Assembly: GCA_947489705.1 (NCBI GenBank)
Contig: CANLEQ010000007.1
Location: 93,937 to 157,936, forward strand
Source of the DNA: an uncultured Rhodobacteraceae bacterium
GTDB lineage: Bacteria; Pseudomonadota; Alphaproteobacteria; Rhodobacterales; Rhodobacteraceae
Direction of reading: 5' to 3'
Length of the DNA stretch: 64,000 bases
How positions within the stretch are numbered: position 1 is the stretch's first letter; each line of letters begins with the position of its first letter. Under the pieces are notes generated by a model. That model saw nothing but the letters and a program-made list of their open reading frames with translations, ran no database searches and was not told the DNA's origin. The translations under genes and the position numbers were made by a program. This document shows positions 9,400-19,118 of this stretch, in pieces.

Positions 9400-10646
9400 G
9401 CCCGGTCTCTCCTGATGGTGAGCGCGCGCCGGTAGGCACGGAGCGTATCGTCGAGAATACGCCTTCGGTCGAACTCTTCCAAGACCTTCCGGCGACCGGA
9501 GGTTCCCAGCGCCTCCCAATCGGCGGGCCTGTCGATCATTCGGGCGATCGCCTCGGCAAGTGCCTGCGGATCGCGCTCGGGGACGAGATCGCCGTTCTCG
9601 CCGGGGATCACCAGTTCGGGGATGCCGCCGTGATAGGTTCCGATGACCGGCAGGCCGGTCGCCATCGCCTCCTTGGCGGTGTTGACGTTGGCGTCCTCGT
9701 CGCCAGAGGCTGCCCGCACCGACGGGGCGAGCGCGATATCGGCGCGGTGCAGGGCCGCGATGACCTCGGCGCGCGTGGCCGCGCCCGCAAGGGTGACGTG
9801 GCGCCCGAGGTTAGCGGCGGCGATCTGCGCCTCGAGGGCGGGCCGCAGATCGCCGTCGCCCAGGATCTCGAGCGTCACCTCGCGACCATCGCGCACCAGC
9901 CGCTCCACCGCCGCGATGGCGTCGGTGAAGCCCTTCTTTTCGACGAGGCGGCCCACGGCGACCAGCCGGACCGGACCCGCGGGCCGCGTGCGACGGGCCG
10001 GCGGGCTGAAGGCGTCGGTGTCGATGGGCGAGCCGATCACGGTGATCTTGTCGGCGGGACATCCGAGCGCCACGGCCTTGTCGCGGAAATAGGCGCAATT
10101 CGCGACGAAGAGATCCGCCTCGCGGAAGAGCCGCTCGTAGATGCGCGGCCCGTTCTCCTCGACATGGCGGGTGATGTCGTAGCCCCTCAGATGCACCACC
10201 AGCGCGCGGGTCCGGAGCGTGCCGAGATTGCGGTGCCGCATCGCGACGAGCCCCAATATGCCGAACTGCGCATGAACCACGTCGAAATCGGGCGTCGCCG
10301 CCATCAGCCGCGTGACCGCGAGCCGCGCGGGCGCGACCCGGTCGGCCAGCGCCAGCCCCGCGAGGCCCGCGGCACGGCGCGGCGCCGCGCGGCCGAGTGC
10401 GGCCAGCCGGCGGGGCGACAGCCGCCCCTCGTGGCGCGCCCGCGTCACCCGCGCCTCGAGGGCGCCGTGATCGCCGAGGATGTCCTCGCGCGGCGGCGGG
10501 CTATCGGCATCCGTCGCGAGGATGTACAGGTCCTGCCCCGTCCGCAAAAGCTCGGCGGCGAGCGTGGTCACGAAGGTTTCCGAGATGACGGGAAACGCGT
10601 GGACCATGAGGGCGACGCGGAGCGGCGGTCCCTCGGGACCGCTCAT
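9396..10646 (-). CDS. Glycosyltransferase family 4 (GT-B, group 1)
   Basis: C-terminal GT4 signature NTAKEAMATGLPVIGTYHGGIPELVIPGENGDLV. Start MSGPEGPPLRVALMVHAF at 10646 with ATGA overlap to the upstream gene; the track ORF to 11060 is an extension into the neighbour. Confidence 0.85.
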   Translation of the reverse strand: MSGPEGPPLRVALMVHAFPVISETFVTTLAAELLRTGQDLYILATDADSPPPREDILGDHGALEARVTRARHEGRLSPRRLAALGRAAPRRAAGLAGLALADRVAPARLAVTRLMAATPDFDVVHAQFGILGLVAMRHRNLGTLRTRALVVHLRGYDITRHVEENGPRIYERLFREADLFVANCAYFRDKAVALGCPADKITVIGSPIDTDAFSPPARRTRPAGPVRLVAVGRLVEKKGFTDAIAAVERLVRDGREVTLEILGDGDLRPALEAQIAAANLGRHVTLAGAATRAEVIAALHRADIALAPSVRAASGDEDANVNTAKEAMATGLPVIGTYHGGIPELVIPGENGDLVPERDPQALAEAIARMIDRPADWEALGTSGRRKVLEEFDRRRILDDTLRAYRRALTIRRDRA

Positions 10647-11602
10647 GCCCCGCCTCCCGCGCGCCGACGCAGCGCGTCGTGCATCGGCCGCGGCAGCAGG
10701 CTCGCCATCGCAGCGAGCGTCCGGACCCGCGCCATCGGATCGCGCAACGCCGCACGCGGATCGCGCCGCCAGCTGCGCGCGACGAGGCGGCGCGCCGCGG
10801 CGTAGTCGCCGCCCTGATAGGCGAGCGTCGCCCAGTAGATCAGGTTGCGCGCCTCGGCGCGGCGCAGATCGTCCGGGGCCAGGCCCTCTCCGGCCTCGGA
10901 CATCTTGTCGAGCACGCGGTGCCAGTTGGCCTCCATTCGCGCCCAGTCGGCGGTAATCTGCCCGGATCTCTTGCGGTAATCGGCAAGCGGCTCGGGCACG
11001 ATCGCGGCCGCCGTGCCGCGGCCGGCCATCAACCGCACGAACCAGTCGAGGTCGATGCATCCCGACAGCGTCGTGTCGAACGGCCCGGTCGCACGCGCGG
11101 CGTCGGCACGGACCATGACACCCGTCGCGCTGTGCAGCGGGCCGCGCACCATCAGCGAGTGCGCGTCGTGCCGCAATCCGCCGGGCTCCGAAATCACCCC
11201 GATCGGCCGTCCCTGGGTGTCGACATAGCGCCAGAGCGGCGCTGCGAGCACGAGAGCGCGATCGGAATCGAACGTCGCCACCAGCCGCGCCACCAGATCG
11301 GCATCGAGCCGGTCATCGGCATCGAGAAAGCAGATGAAGTCGCCCCGCGCCCGTTCGAGCCCGGCATTGCGCGCCGCCGCGGCGCCGCCCTGCGGCTGGC
11401 TGTGGACGACCATGCGGCGTCCCTCGCCGGTCCAGGATGCGGCCAAACGCTCGAGGATCTCGCCCGTACCGTCGCCCGAGCCGTCATCGATCGCCACGAG
11501 CTCGAGGTTCGGCCAGCTCTGCGCCGCGGCGGACGCGACCGCCTCGGTGGCGAACCCGGCGACGTCGTGGGCAGGCATCAGGATGGTGACCAATTGTTTC
11601 AC
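10643..11602 (-). CDS. Glycosyltransferase family 2
   Basis: VTILMPAHDVAGF..., AIDDGSGDGT, FLDADD. Start assigned to GTG 11602 (VKQLVTIL), just before the GT2 fold; upstream extension to 11767 is possible. Confidence 0.8.
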   Translation of the reverse strand: MKQLVTILMPAHDVAGFATEAVASAAAQSWPNLELVAIDDGSGDGTGEILERLAASWTGEGRRMVVHSQPQGGAAAARNAGLERARGDFICFLDADDRLDADLVARLVATFDSDRALVLAAPLWRYVDTQGRPIGVISEPGGLRHDAHSLMVRGPLHSATGVMVRADAARATGPFDTTLSGCIDLDWFVRLMAGRGTAAAIVPEPLADYRKRSGQITADWARMEANWHRVLDKMSEAGEGLAPDDLRRAEARNLIYWATLAYQGGDYAAARRLVARSWRRDPRAALRDPMARVRTLAAMASLLPRPMHDALRRRAGGGA

Positions 11603-11777
11603 GACGTAATCCTGTCTTAATACCGATACGCAACTGTACCCATACCATATCGCGGGCGCGGTGCATCCATTGACGCGCGCCGCAGAGATGCCAATACCTG
11701 GCCCCGATGGTGCGGGGCATGTACGACCCGAGCTGAACAGACCCTCCATACCCCGACGCGACGCCAAGGATCAGGAC

Positions 11778-12668
11778 ATGAGCGAAAATTCCGTGGCAGT
11801 CATCATCCCGAGCTACAACAGGCCTGACAGGCTCGAGGCCTGCCTGAAGGCGCTGATCGACGATCCGGCGGGGGGATTCGACGTGATCGTGGTCGATGAC
11901 GGCTCGCCCGAGCCGCTCGGCCCCGTCTGCGCGGCGTTCGGGCCCCGCGTCCGGTGCGTCCGGCAGGAGAACCGCGGCCCGGCGGCGGCGCGCAACAGGG
12001 GCGTCGCCGAGAGCGACGCGCGCCTCGTGGTCTTCACCGACGACGATTGCCGGCCCGCGCCGGGCTGGGTCGCGGCGATATGCGCGGCCCAGGGCGGCGA
12101 TGCCGACCGTCTCGTGGGCGGCCGCGTGGTCAACCTCCTGGAGCGCAACGTCTATGCCACCGCCAGCCAGACGCTCTGCGACTTCCTCTACGACTATTTC
12201 GACGCCGAATCCGGCGACATGCCGTTCTTCACGTCCAACAACATCGCCTGCGACCGGCAAAGGTTCGAGGCGATGGGCGGCTTCGACGAGAGCTTTCCGC
12301 TGGCCGCGGCAGAGGATCGCGATTTCGGGCTGCGCTGGCGCGCGACGGGCGGCACGCTGGTCTTCGCGCCCGATGCGGTGGTCGGCCACGCCCACGCCCT
12401 GTCGTTCCGCAGCTTCCTGCGCCAGCACAGCAATTACGGGCGCGGCGCGCGGCATCTGCACGAGGTGATGGACGACCGCGGCGATTACCGGCCCAGGCTG
12501 GAACGGTTGCGGTTCTACGGCGATCTGGTGCGCTATCCGATCGGGAATGGCGGGCGCCGCAAGATCTCGCAATCGGCCCTGCTGTTGCTGTCGCAGGCGG
12601 CGATGGTGTCGGGCTATGTCCGGCAGCACCGCGCTCAGCGCGCGGGACGCAATCGCTCGAAGAGCTGA
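11778..12668 (+). CDS. Glycosyltransferase family 2
   Basis: VAVIIPSYNRPDRLEACL, VVDDGSPE, FTDDDC. ATG 11778 preceded by AAGGATCAGGA. Confidence 0.85.
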   Translation: MSENSVAVIIPSYNRPDRLEACLKALIDDPAGGFDVIVVDDGSPEPLGPVCAAFGPRVRCVRQENRGPAAARNRGVAESDARLVVFTDDDCRPAPGWVAAICAAQGGDADRLVGGRVVNLLERNVYATASQTLCDFLYDYFDAESGDMPFFTSNNIACDRQRFEAMGGFDESFPLAAAEDRDFGLRWRATGGTLVFAPDAVVGHAHALSFRSFLRQHSNYGRGARHLHEVMDDRGDYRPRLERLRFYGDLVRYPIGNGGRRKISQSALLLLSQAAMVSGYVRQHRAQRAGRNRSKS

Positions 12669-13621
12669 ACCTGCGCGTAACCCGCCAGCGCCGCCGCATT
12701 GTGCAGCGCATGATAGAAGACCGCCCGCACGGCCAGTCCGATCCCCCCGGCGCGCGCCAGAAAGGCGAGGAACGCCGCGTTGAGCGCGACGAACCCCGCG
12801 ACGAGGGCAAGTGCCACCAGCAGCGCGGGCCACCAGAAGATCCCCGTCAGCACCGCGAGCGGAAACGCCGCGACGAGCAGGGCCGAGAACCGCCGCGGCC
12901 CCGTCAGGTTGAGATCGCCCGTACCGGTGCGCCCCGAACCCAGCAGCCGCGTCCACGGCACCGCCCGGCCCCTGCGGTCGGTGCGCATCATGCCGCCGAT
13001 CGTCCAGTCCTTGAGATGGGTACAGAGCAGCTCGCGGTCGAGCCGGATCCGCCCGCCATCGGCCGACATGCGCAGCCCGAGTTCGACATCCTCGATATCC
13101 TCCCAGGCGGGATCGAGCCCGCCCGCCGCCTCGAAGGCCGCGCGCCTGACCGCGCCGAAGCCCGTCCAGAAGGTCGCGGCATCGGGCCGCGACGTCTGGT
13201 GGACCCAGTGGTGCAGGAGGTTGCGATACCGGCTGACCGCGCGTTGCGAGGCGGGCGGGTGCGCGTCGTAGGAGCCGAAGATCGCCACGTGATCGGGATG
13301 CCGCGCGAAGAAGTCGAGGATCCGGTCGCGCGCGCCGGGGGCGATCAGGACGTCCGCGTCGACGAAGACCACGATGTCGGAGGAGGTCTCCGCGACGCCC
13401 GCGTTGCGCGCCCGCGCCGGGCGCAGAGGCGTCTCGTTGCGCACCACGCGCACCCCGCGGCCGCGGGCGATTTGACCCGTCGCGTCGCGCGATCCGTCAT
13501 CGACGACCAGGATCTCGGCCAGGCCGAAGCCGGCCGCCGCGATCGCGTCGACGCACGCACCGATATCGGCCTCGGCCTGATGGGCCGGCACGACGACGCA
13601 GAGGCTCGGGGCGGCGATCAT
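12635..13621 (-). CDS. Membrane-anchored glycosyltransferase family 2 (catalytic domain plus C-terminal transmembrane helices)
   Basis: [36 protein letters not shown], then hydrophobic [48 protein letters not shown] overlap with the uxs stop at 13618-13621. Confidence 0.8.
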   Translation of the reverse strand: MIAAPSLCVVVPAHQAEADIGACVDAIAAAGFGLAEILVVDDGSRDATGQIARGRGVRVVRNETPLRPARARNAGVAETSSDIVVFVDADVLIAPGARDRILDFFARHPDHVAIFGSYDAHPPASQRAVSRYRNLLHHWVHQTSRPDAATFWTGFGAVRRAAFEAAGGLDPAWEDIEDVELGLRMSADGGRIRLDRELLCTHLKDWTIGGMMRTDRRGRAVPWTRLLGSGRTGTGDLNLTGPRRFSALLVAAFPLAVLTGIFWWPALLVALALVAGFVALNAAFLAFLARAGGIGLAVRAVFYHALHNAAALAGYAQVQLFERLRPAR

Positions 13622-14592
13622 GCGTGTTCCGCGATTTCCGCGAGGCGCTGCTTCATGAAGGCCATGGTGTTCTCGAGACCCTCGGCCAGCTCGACCCGCG
13701 GCGCCCAGTCGAGAAGCGTCCCCGCGAGCGTGATGTCGGGCTTGCGCTGCCGCGGATCGTCGCGCGGCAGCGGTCGTTCGACCGTACCGGCCGTCGATCC
13801 GGTCAGCGTCAGGACATGCTCGGCCAGTTCGGCCATGGTGAATTCGTTGGGATTGCCGAGATTGACCGGCCCCGTCACCTCGGGCCCCGTCGCCATCAGC
13901 CGCACCAGCCCCTCGACGAGATCGTCGACATAGCAGAAGGACCGCGTCTGTCGCCCGTCGCCGAAGAGGGTGATCGCCTCGCCGCGCAGCCCCTGCACGA
14001 GGAAGTTCGACACGACGCGCCCGTCGGCGTGATGCATCCGCGGACCGTAGGTGTTGAAGATGCGGGCCACCTTGATCTCGACCCCATGCTGGCGGTGATA
14101 GTCGAAGAACAGCGTCTCGGCGCAGCGCTTGCCCTCGTCGTAGCACGAGCGCGGGCCGACCGGGTTGACGTTGCCCCAGTAGCTCTCGACCTGCGGATGG
14201 ATGTCGGGATCGCCGTAGACCTCGGAGGTCGATGCCTGAAGCACCTTGCATTTGAGCCGCTTGGCCAGGCCCAGCACGTTGATGGCGCCGTGCACGGATG
14301 TCTTGGTCGTCTGCACCGGGTCGTGCTGGTAATGCACGGGCGATGCGGGACAGGCGAGGTTGTAGATCTCGTCGACCTCGACATAGAGCGGGAAGGTCAC
14401 GTCGTGGCGGACGAACTCGAACCGCGGGTGATTGTGCAGATGCTCGATGTTGCGCTTGGTGCCGGTGAAGAGGTTGTCGACGCACAGCACCTCGTGCCCC
14501 TGCTCCAGCAGGCGGTCGACGAGGTGCGATCCGATGAAGCCTGCCCCGCCGGTGACGAGGATGCGCTTTCGGCTGTCGTAGAGTCGGGTCAA
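13618..14592 (-). CDS. uxs: UDP-glucuronate decarboxylase (UDP-xylose synthase)
   Basis: Very close to the eukaryotic/bacterial UXS pattern: [61 protein letters not shown] start at 14590-14592, 6 nt after a perfect AAGGAG, overlapping the upstream stop (TTGA). Confidence 0.93.
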   Translation of the reverse strand: MTRLYDSRKRILVTGGAGFIGSHLVDRLLEQGHEVLCVDNLFTGTKRNIEHLHNHPRFEFVRHDVTFPLYVEVDEIYNLACPASPVHYQHDPVQTTKTSVHGAINVLGLAKRLKCKVLQASTSEVYGDPDIHPQVESYWGNVNPVGPRSCYDEGKRCAETLFFDYHRQHGVEIKVARIFNTYGPRMHHADGRVVSNFLVQGLRGEAITLFGDGRQTRSFCYVDDLVEGLVRLMATGPEVTGPVNLGNPNEFTMAELAEHVLTLTGSTAGTVERPLPRDDPRQRKPDITLAGTLLDWAPRVELAEGLENTMAFMKQRLAEIAEHA

Positions 14593-16100
14593 GGCGATCT
14601 CCTTGGGATCGGCGTCGCGGTGTCGCTTGCGGTCCGGGCCTGCCGCATCCAGGTCACGAGCGCCAGCGCCGGAACGATCCAGATCAGCCGCGACTGATAC
14701 CGGTCGACGGGCGCCGACAACCCGCCGAAGATGAGAGCGTTGCCCAGGATGCCGGCGAGACAGACGATGAGGGCAACGCCTTCGGGTCGTGTATAGGACC
14801 GCCGGACGGCAAACCAGAGCGCAAGCGCGAAACCCAGCGCGGTGCCGATCTTGACGACGATATCGAACACGTCGAAGGCGGCGTATTCCGCGCGGTTCTC
14901 TTCGGTGAACCTGAAGGGGGGCCAGCGTTCCATGTCGAGGTCGAAAGGCGGGTAGAGCTCGTCGGTCCCGACCGCCACGATCTGGCGCAGCGCGTTGCCG
15001 AACAGCGCCTCGGACTGCCGCAGCGGGTAGGCGAGAAAGCTGCGCCACAGGATCGTCGCCTCCTCGTCGCGGATCTGATCGAGCTCGTTGGAGGTCAGTC
15101 CCTCGATCCCGTCGGTCGAGAACAGGAACGACTGGATGGTGTCGGGGATCTCGGGCATGATCCGGCAGATTTCCAGATCGCGGGCCTCGGGACAGGCGGA
15201 GAGCAAATAATCGTGGGCCGGACCGTCGGCGATCGACCGTGCCAGCAGGATCGGCAAGCGCTTGGGTGCGATGCTCGCCTCGCCCACCACCGCCTGGCTG
15301 CCGACGAGGTTGACGGCCATGGTGAGCACGACCGGCAGGACGGCGAAGGCGACGTGCCAGATCGCGAGGCGCCGCCGCCAGAGCCGCAGCGCGACCACGG
15401 TCACGGCAAGCCCCGCCGCGAGCGGGATGTACCCGTAATGCGACGATACCGCGAACGTGGCGAGCGCCAGGAAGGCGACACGCCAGCCCCATCCCAGAAC
15501 GTCGCCCCGGTCGGCGAGGATCGCATAACAGAGCACCACCCCCGCCGCGAGGAGGTCGGGCATCGCGTAGGAGGCGTGCCACGGCAGCGTCGTCAGCGCC
15601 GCCATGAAGAGAATCGCCGCAGAGATGCGCCGCGGGCTCGAGAGCGCCGCGCGCGGGATCAGCGCGAAGAGCGCAAGGAGCGTCATCGTCGTCTGCAGGA
15701 CGACGGTCAGCACCAGGCCCGTGGGCAACCGCGAGCTCAAATAGACGAAGAGCGAGTAAATCGACGATCGCAATTGCCGCACGCCCTCGCCCGGGTCGGG
15801 GACGGTAGCGGCGGCGGTGCCGGCCTCGGCGGTGCCTTGCCCCGGCCCCGGCAGGACCTCGGGCGCGGCATAGGGGTGGATCTCGAGGAGATCGAGTGCC
15901 AGCCGCCAGACCTTCGATCCGTCACCGAGATAGGGCAGCGTGTCGAAGAAGACGAGCGGCCCGGGCACCACCAGCATCGGCCAGCAGAGCAGCACCGACA
16001 GCAGGAAGGCCGCCCCCGCGCCGCGCCACGACAAAAGCGGCGTGGCGCTTTCGTCCGACGGCCATTCGCCGGCACGATTCGCATGGGTGCCGAACGTCAT
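14589..16100 (-). CDS. Polytopic membrane protein, GT-C-like architecture (candidate lipid-linked-sugar glycosyltransferase or polymerase)
   Basis: About 11 hydrophobic segments. Acidic motif [11 protein letters not shown] directly after TM1, a ~150-aa hydrophilic domain between TM8 and the last three TMs. No family recognised with certainty. Start at ATG 16100 (TTG 16187 is an alternative). Confidence 0.6.
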   Translation of the reverse strand: MTFGTHANRAGEWPSDESATPLLSWRGAGAAFLLSVLLCWPMLVVPGPLVFFDTLPYLGDGSKVWRLALDLLEIHPYAAPEVLPGPGQGTAEAGTAAATVPDPGEGVRQLRSSIYSLFVYLSSRLPTGLVLTVVLQTTMTLLALFALIPRAALSSPRRISAAILFMAALTTLPWHASYAMPDLLAAGVVLCYAILADRGDVLGWGWRVAFLALATFAVSSHYGYIPLAAGLAVTVVALRLWRRRLAIWHVAFAVLPVVLTMAVNLVGSQAVVGEASIAPKRLPILLARSIADGPAHDYLLSACPEARDLEICRIMPEIPDTIQSFLFSTDGIEGLTSNELDQIRDEEATILWRSFLAYPLRQSEALFGNALRQIVAVGTDELYPPFDLDMERWPPFRFTEENRAEYAAFDVFDIVVKIGTALGFALALWFAVRRSYTRPEGVALIVCLAGILGNALIFGGLSAPVDRYQSRLIWIVPALALVTWMRQARTASDTATPIPRRSP

Positions 16101-16301
16101 CACCCGGAACGCGCGATTCTTCCGAGGCCGACCCGGACGACGTTCGGGCGGAGGCCGCCGCAGCGCAAACAGGCGATGGTCGACCAACCGTTACAAATTC
16201 GTGGTTTCATCTTCAAACGCCTCGTCTCGACAAGATTAAGACATTATCATCCGGCGCCGGATGTGCTAGACACCCTTCCAACCCTCCCGAAAGTTTTTCC
16301 A

Positions 16302-17822
16302 GTGAACACATCTCCTACGACGCTCGCCCAACCCGAGCAGCCGATCGTGATCATCGGCGGTGGCCCGGCCGGCCTCACGGCCGCATACGAACTGCAGAAA
16401 CGCGGTGCGACGCAGCCCGTCCGGGTCTTCGAGGCCGGCACGATGGTGGGCGGGATCTCGCGCACCGAGTCGCACAAGGGCTACCGCTTCGATATCGGCG
16501 GCCACCGGTTCTTCACCAAGGTCACCGAGGTCGAGGACATGTGGACCGAGGTTCTGGGCGACGATTTCATCCTCGTGCCGCGGACCAGCCGGATCTACTA
16601 CAAGGGCCGTTACTTCGACTATCCGCTCAAGATCTTCAACGCCCTGGGCAATCTCGGCCCCTACGAGGCGTCGCGCATCGCGATCTCGTATCTCAAGTGG
16701 AAGGCGCGGCCGCATAGCCGCGAGGACACGTTCGAGGAATGGGTGATCAACCGATTCGGCGGCCGCCTCTACATGCACTTCTTCCGCACCTACACGGAAA
16801 AGGTCTGGGGCATCCCGCCCAACCAGATCCAGGCCGACTGGGCGGCACAGCGCATCAAGAACCTGTCGCTGCCCAAGGCGGTGATGAACGCGCTGACCGG
16901 CGCCAACGACACCGCCTCGCTGATCGAGGAATTCCGCTATCCGCGTCTCGGACCCGGCATGATGTGGGAGCGCGTGACCGAGATCGTCACCGAACGCGGC
17001 GGCCGCGTCGATTTGCAGACCGAGGTTCTGGGCATCCAGCGCGACGGCATGCGCGTCACCTCCGTCGACGTGCGGCCCTGGTCCGAGGACGGCACGCCGC
17101 AGCCGGTCGAGCGGGTCGAGGGCTCGGATTTCGTGAATTCCATGGCGCTCGATGATCTCATCGCCGCGTTCGACCCGCCGCCGCCCGACGAGGTCCGCGC
17201 GGCGGCCGCGCGGCTCGCCTATCGCGATTTCCTGATCGTGACGCTGGTGCTCGACCACGCCGATCCGTTTCCCGACAACTGGATCTACGTGCACAGCTCG
17301 GACGTGAAGGTCGGGCGGATCCAGAACTTCCGCGCCTGGTCGCAGGAGATGCTGGCCGATCCCGAGACGGCGTCGATCGGGATGGAGTATTTCTGCCACG
17401 AAGGCGACGGCCTCTGGTCTATGGAGGATGACGCGCTGCGCGATCTGGCCGCCGCCGAGCTCGAGAAGCTGGGCCTCGCCCCTGCGAAAAGCGTCGTCGA
17501 CTACAAGGTGATCCGCCAGCGCAAGGCCTATCCGGTCTATGACGGGCAGTACCGCGCCGCGCTCGACACGATCGTCGACTGGCTGAAGAAGCTCGAGAAC
17601 TTCCAGACCGTCGGGCGCAACGGACAGCACCGCTACAACAACCAGGATCACTCGATGCTGTCGGCGATGCTGGCCGCGCGCAACATCCTGGGCGAGACGC
17701 ACGATGTCTGGGACGTCAATGTCGAGCGGTCCTACCACGAGGACTTCAAGATCCCCGAGGCTGCCGCCGACGGCAGACCGGCCGATCCGTCGAAATCCCC
17801 GTCGAAGGAGGCCGCCGACTAG
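16302..17822 (+). CDS. NAD(P)/FAD-dependent oxidoreductase (amine-oxidase / UDP-galactopyranose-mutase-like Rossmann family)
   Basis: [17 protein letters not shown] dinucleotide motif, GGISRT...[23 protein letters not shown]. Start put at GTG 16302 because 16190-16300 is AT-rich promoter-like DNA; the track ORF from 15213 runs antisense through the neighbouring gene. Confidence 0.8.
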   Translation: MNTSPTTLAQPEQPIVIIGGGPAGLTAAYELQKRGATQPVRVFEAGTMVGGISRTESHKGYRFDIGGHRFFTKVTEVEDMWTEVLGDDFILVPRTSRIYYKGRYFDYPLKIFNALGNLGPYEASRIAISYLKWKARPHSREDTFEEWVINRFGGRLYMHFFRTYTEKVWGIPPNQIQADWAAQRIKNLSLPKAVMNALTGANDTASLIEEFRYPRLGPGMMWERVTEIVTERGGRVDLQTEVLGIQRDGMRVTSVDVRPWSEDGTPQPVERVEGSDFVNSMALDDLIAAFDPPPPDEVRAAAARLAYRDFLIVTLVLDHADPFPDNWIYVHSSDVKVGRIQNFRAWSQEMLADPETASIGMEYFCHEGDGLWSMEDDALRDLAAAELEKLGLAPAKSVVDYKVIRQRKAYPVYDGQYRAALDTIVDWLKKLENFQTVGRNGQHRYNNQDHSMLSAMLAARNILGETHDVWDVNVERSYHEDFKIPEAAADGRPADPSKSPSKEAAD

Positions 17823-17834
17823 CGGCGCCTCTCC

Positions 17835-17892
17835 GTGCCCGCCCGGACGCAATCGGACCGATCCGTCCGTTCGCTGCACGATCGGCGGGCAC
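17835..17892 (+). terminator. Compound GC-rich stem-loop immediately after the oxidoreductase stop
   Basis: GTGCCCGCC (17835-17843) pairs with GGCGGGCAC (17884-17892). Nested CGGACG (17844-17849) pairs with CGTCCG (17864-17869). No U-tract. Confidence 0.3.
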
Positions 17893-17993
17893 ATTCGACG
17901 ACAAGGTGCGGTCGCGTCCCCATCGGGCCTTGAACTTCTCCGCCGAGTACGGTCGTCTGGCACGCGCAATCCTGATTAACGAGCAATCGTCTG

Positions 17994-19118
17994 ATGCAAT
18001 CTCCCCGCCGGTCACGCCTTCGCGCCTGCAGGGCGCCTCTGGGTGCACTCCTTGCGATCGTTCCGGCGGCTGCATGGGCCGATATCGCGAATTTTCTCGA
18101 TCCGCTCGGGCCCATCGCGCGGTTCCAGCGGCTCGAGCTGATCTGGGCCTCGGTGCTCATCCTCATCGCGGTGCTGCCGGTCCTGGTCGGCGCGCCGTGG
18201 ATCCTGTGGCGCTATCGCCGGTCGAATCGCGATGCCGGCTATGCGCCGGGCTGGAGCTTCAACACCCGGCTCGAGATCGCCATGTGGGGCGTGCCGGTCC
18301 TGATCGTCATCGCGCTCGGGATCTGGCTGACGCAGGCGACGGTCCGCATCGATCCCTACCGCGAGATCGACCTCGAGATGGCGGAGGGCTTCGACATCCG
18401 GCTCGAGGGTCCGCCGGTGGCGATCGACACGGTCGGGCTCGACTGGAAATGGCTGCACATCTATCCCGACGAGGGGATCGCGACGGTCGGCGAGCTGGTC
18501 GTGCCCGTGGATCGCCCCGTCACGATGCGTCTGACGACCGACACGGTGATGCAGAGCTTCATGGCTCCGGGGCTCGCCGGGCAGATCTACGCGATGCCGG
18601 GGATGGTGACGCGGCTCAACTTCATCGCCGATCGCGTGGGCGAGACCTTCGCCGAGAATACCCAGTATAACGGCCCCGGTTTCGCCGAACAGCGGTCCCC
18701 CGTCCGCGCGGTGCCGCGCGACGAATACATCCTCTGGACCGCCGCCGCGACCGGCGCGCCGCCCCTCGACGAGCGCGCCTATGCCCGCCTCGCCGCCAGC
18801 GGCACGCTCGACGAGGCGCGCGAGGCCTTTGGCCAGGAGGGCGACGGTCCGCTGGTCTTCACGCTTCCCGACAGGCGCTTGTTCCTGCGGATCGTCGCCC
18901 GCTACGTCACCGGAGAGGCGATCGCGCCCGAGAATCAACCGGGCAGCCCGGTCTACGACCCCGAGACCGCCAGCCTGCCCGATATCGCCGTGGTGTTCGG
19001 CGAGAATGGCCGGCCGCCCTCGACCGGCCCGGCGAGCGACGCCTTCGCCCAGGGCGGAATCTGCGGCGCGCCCGCCGCACTCACGATCGCCAATCTGGGA
19101 GAGCTGCCCGATGGATAA
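17994..19118 (+). CDS. cyoA: Cytochrome o/bo3-type ubiquinol oxidase subunit II
   Basis: Two N-terminal TM helices plus a cupredoxin domain lacking CuA ligands (ENTQYNGPGFAEQ where CuA oxidases have CxExCxxxH). Gene order cyoABCD. Confidence 0.9.
   Translation: MQSPRRSRLRACRAPLGALLAIVPAAAWADIANFLDPLGPIARFQRLELIWASVLILIAVLPVLVGAPWILWRYRRSNRDAGYAPGWSFNTRLEIAMWGVPVLIVIALGIWLTQATVRIDPYREIDLEMAEGFDIRLEGPPVAIDTVGLDWKWLHIYPDEGIATVGELVVPVDRPVTMRLTTDTVMQSFMAPGLAGQIYAMPGMVTRLNFIADRVGETFAENTQYNGPGFAEQRSPVRAVPRDEYILWTAAATGAPPLDERAYARLAASGTLDEAREAFGQEGDGPLVFTLPDRRLFLRIVARYVTGEAIAPENQPGSPVYDPETASLPDIAVVFGENGRPPSTGPASDAFAQGGICGAPAALTIANLGELPDG

Noticed and set aside
5202-17822. Glycan locus as a horizontally acquired genomic island
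   Set aside because: No flanking tRNA, direct repeats, integrase or IS elements, and no visible drop in GC apart from short promoter patches. Cannot be supported from this window.
17994-18080. Lipoprotein signal (lipobox) in CyoA, as in E. coli
   Set aside because: The only Cys (LRAC) lies too close to the N-terminus, before the hydrophobic stretch. The sequence looks like an ordinary signal or anchor ending AAWA|DI.
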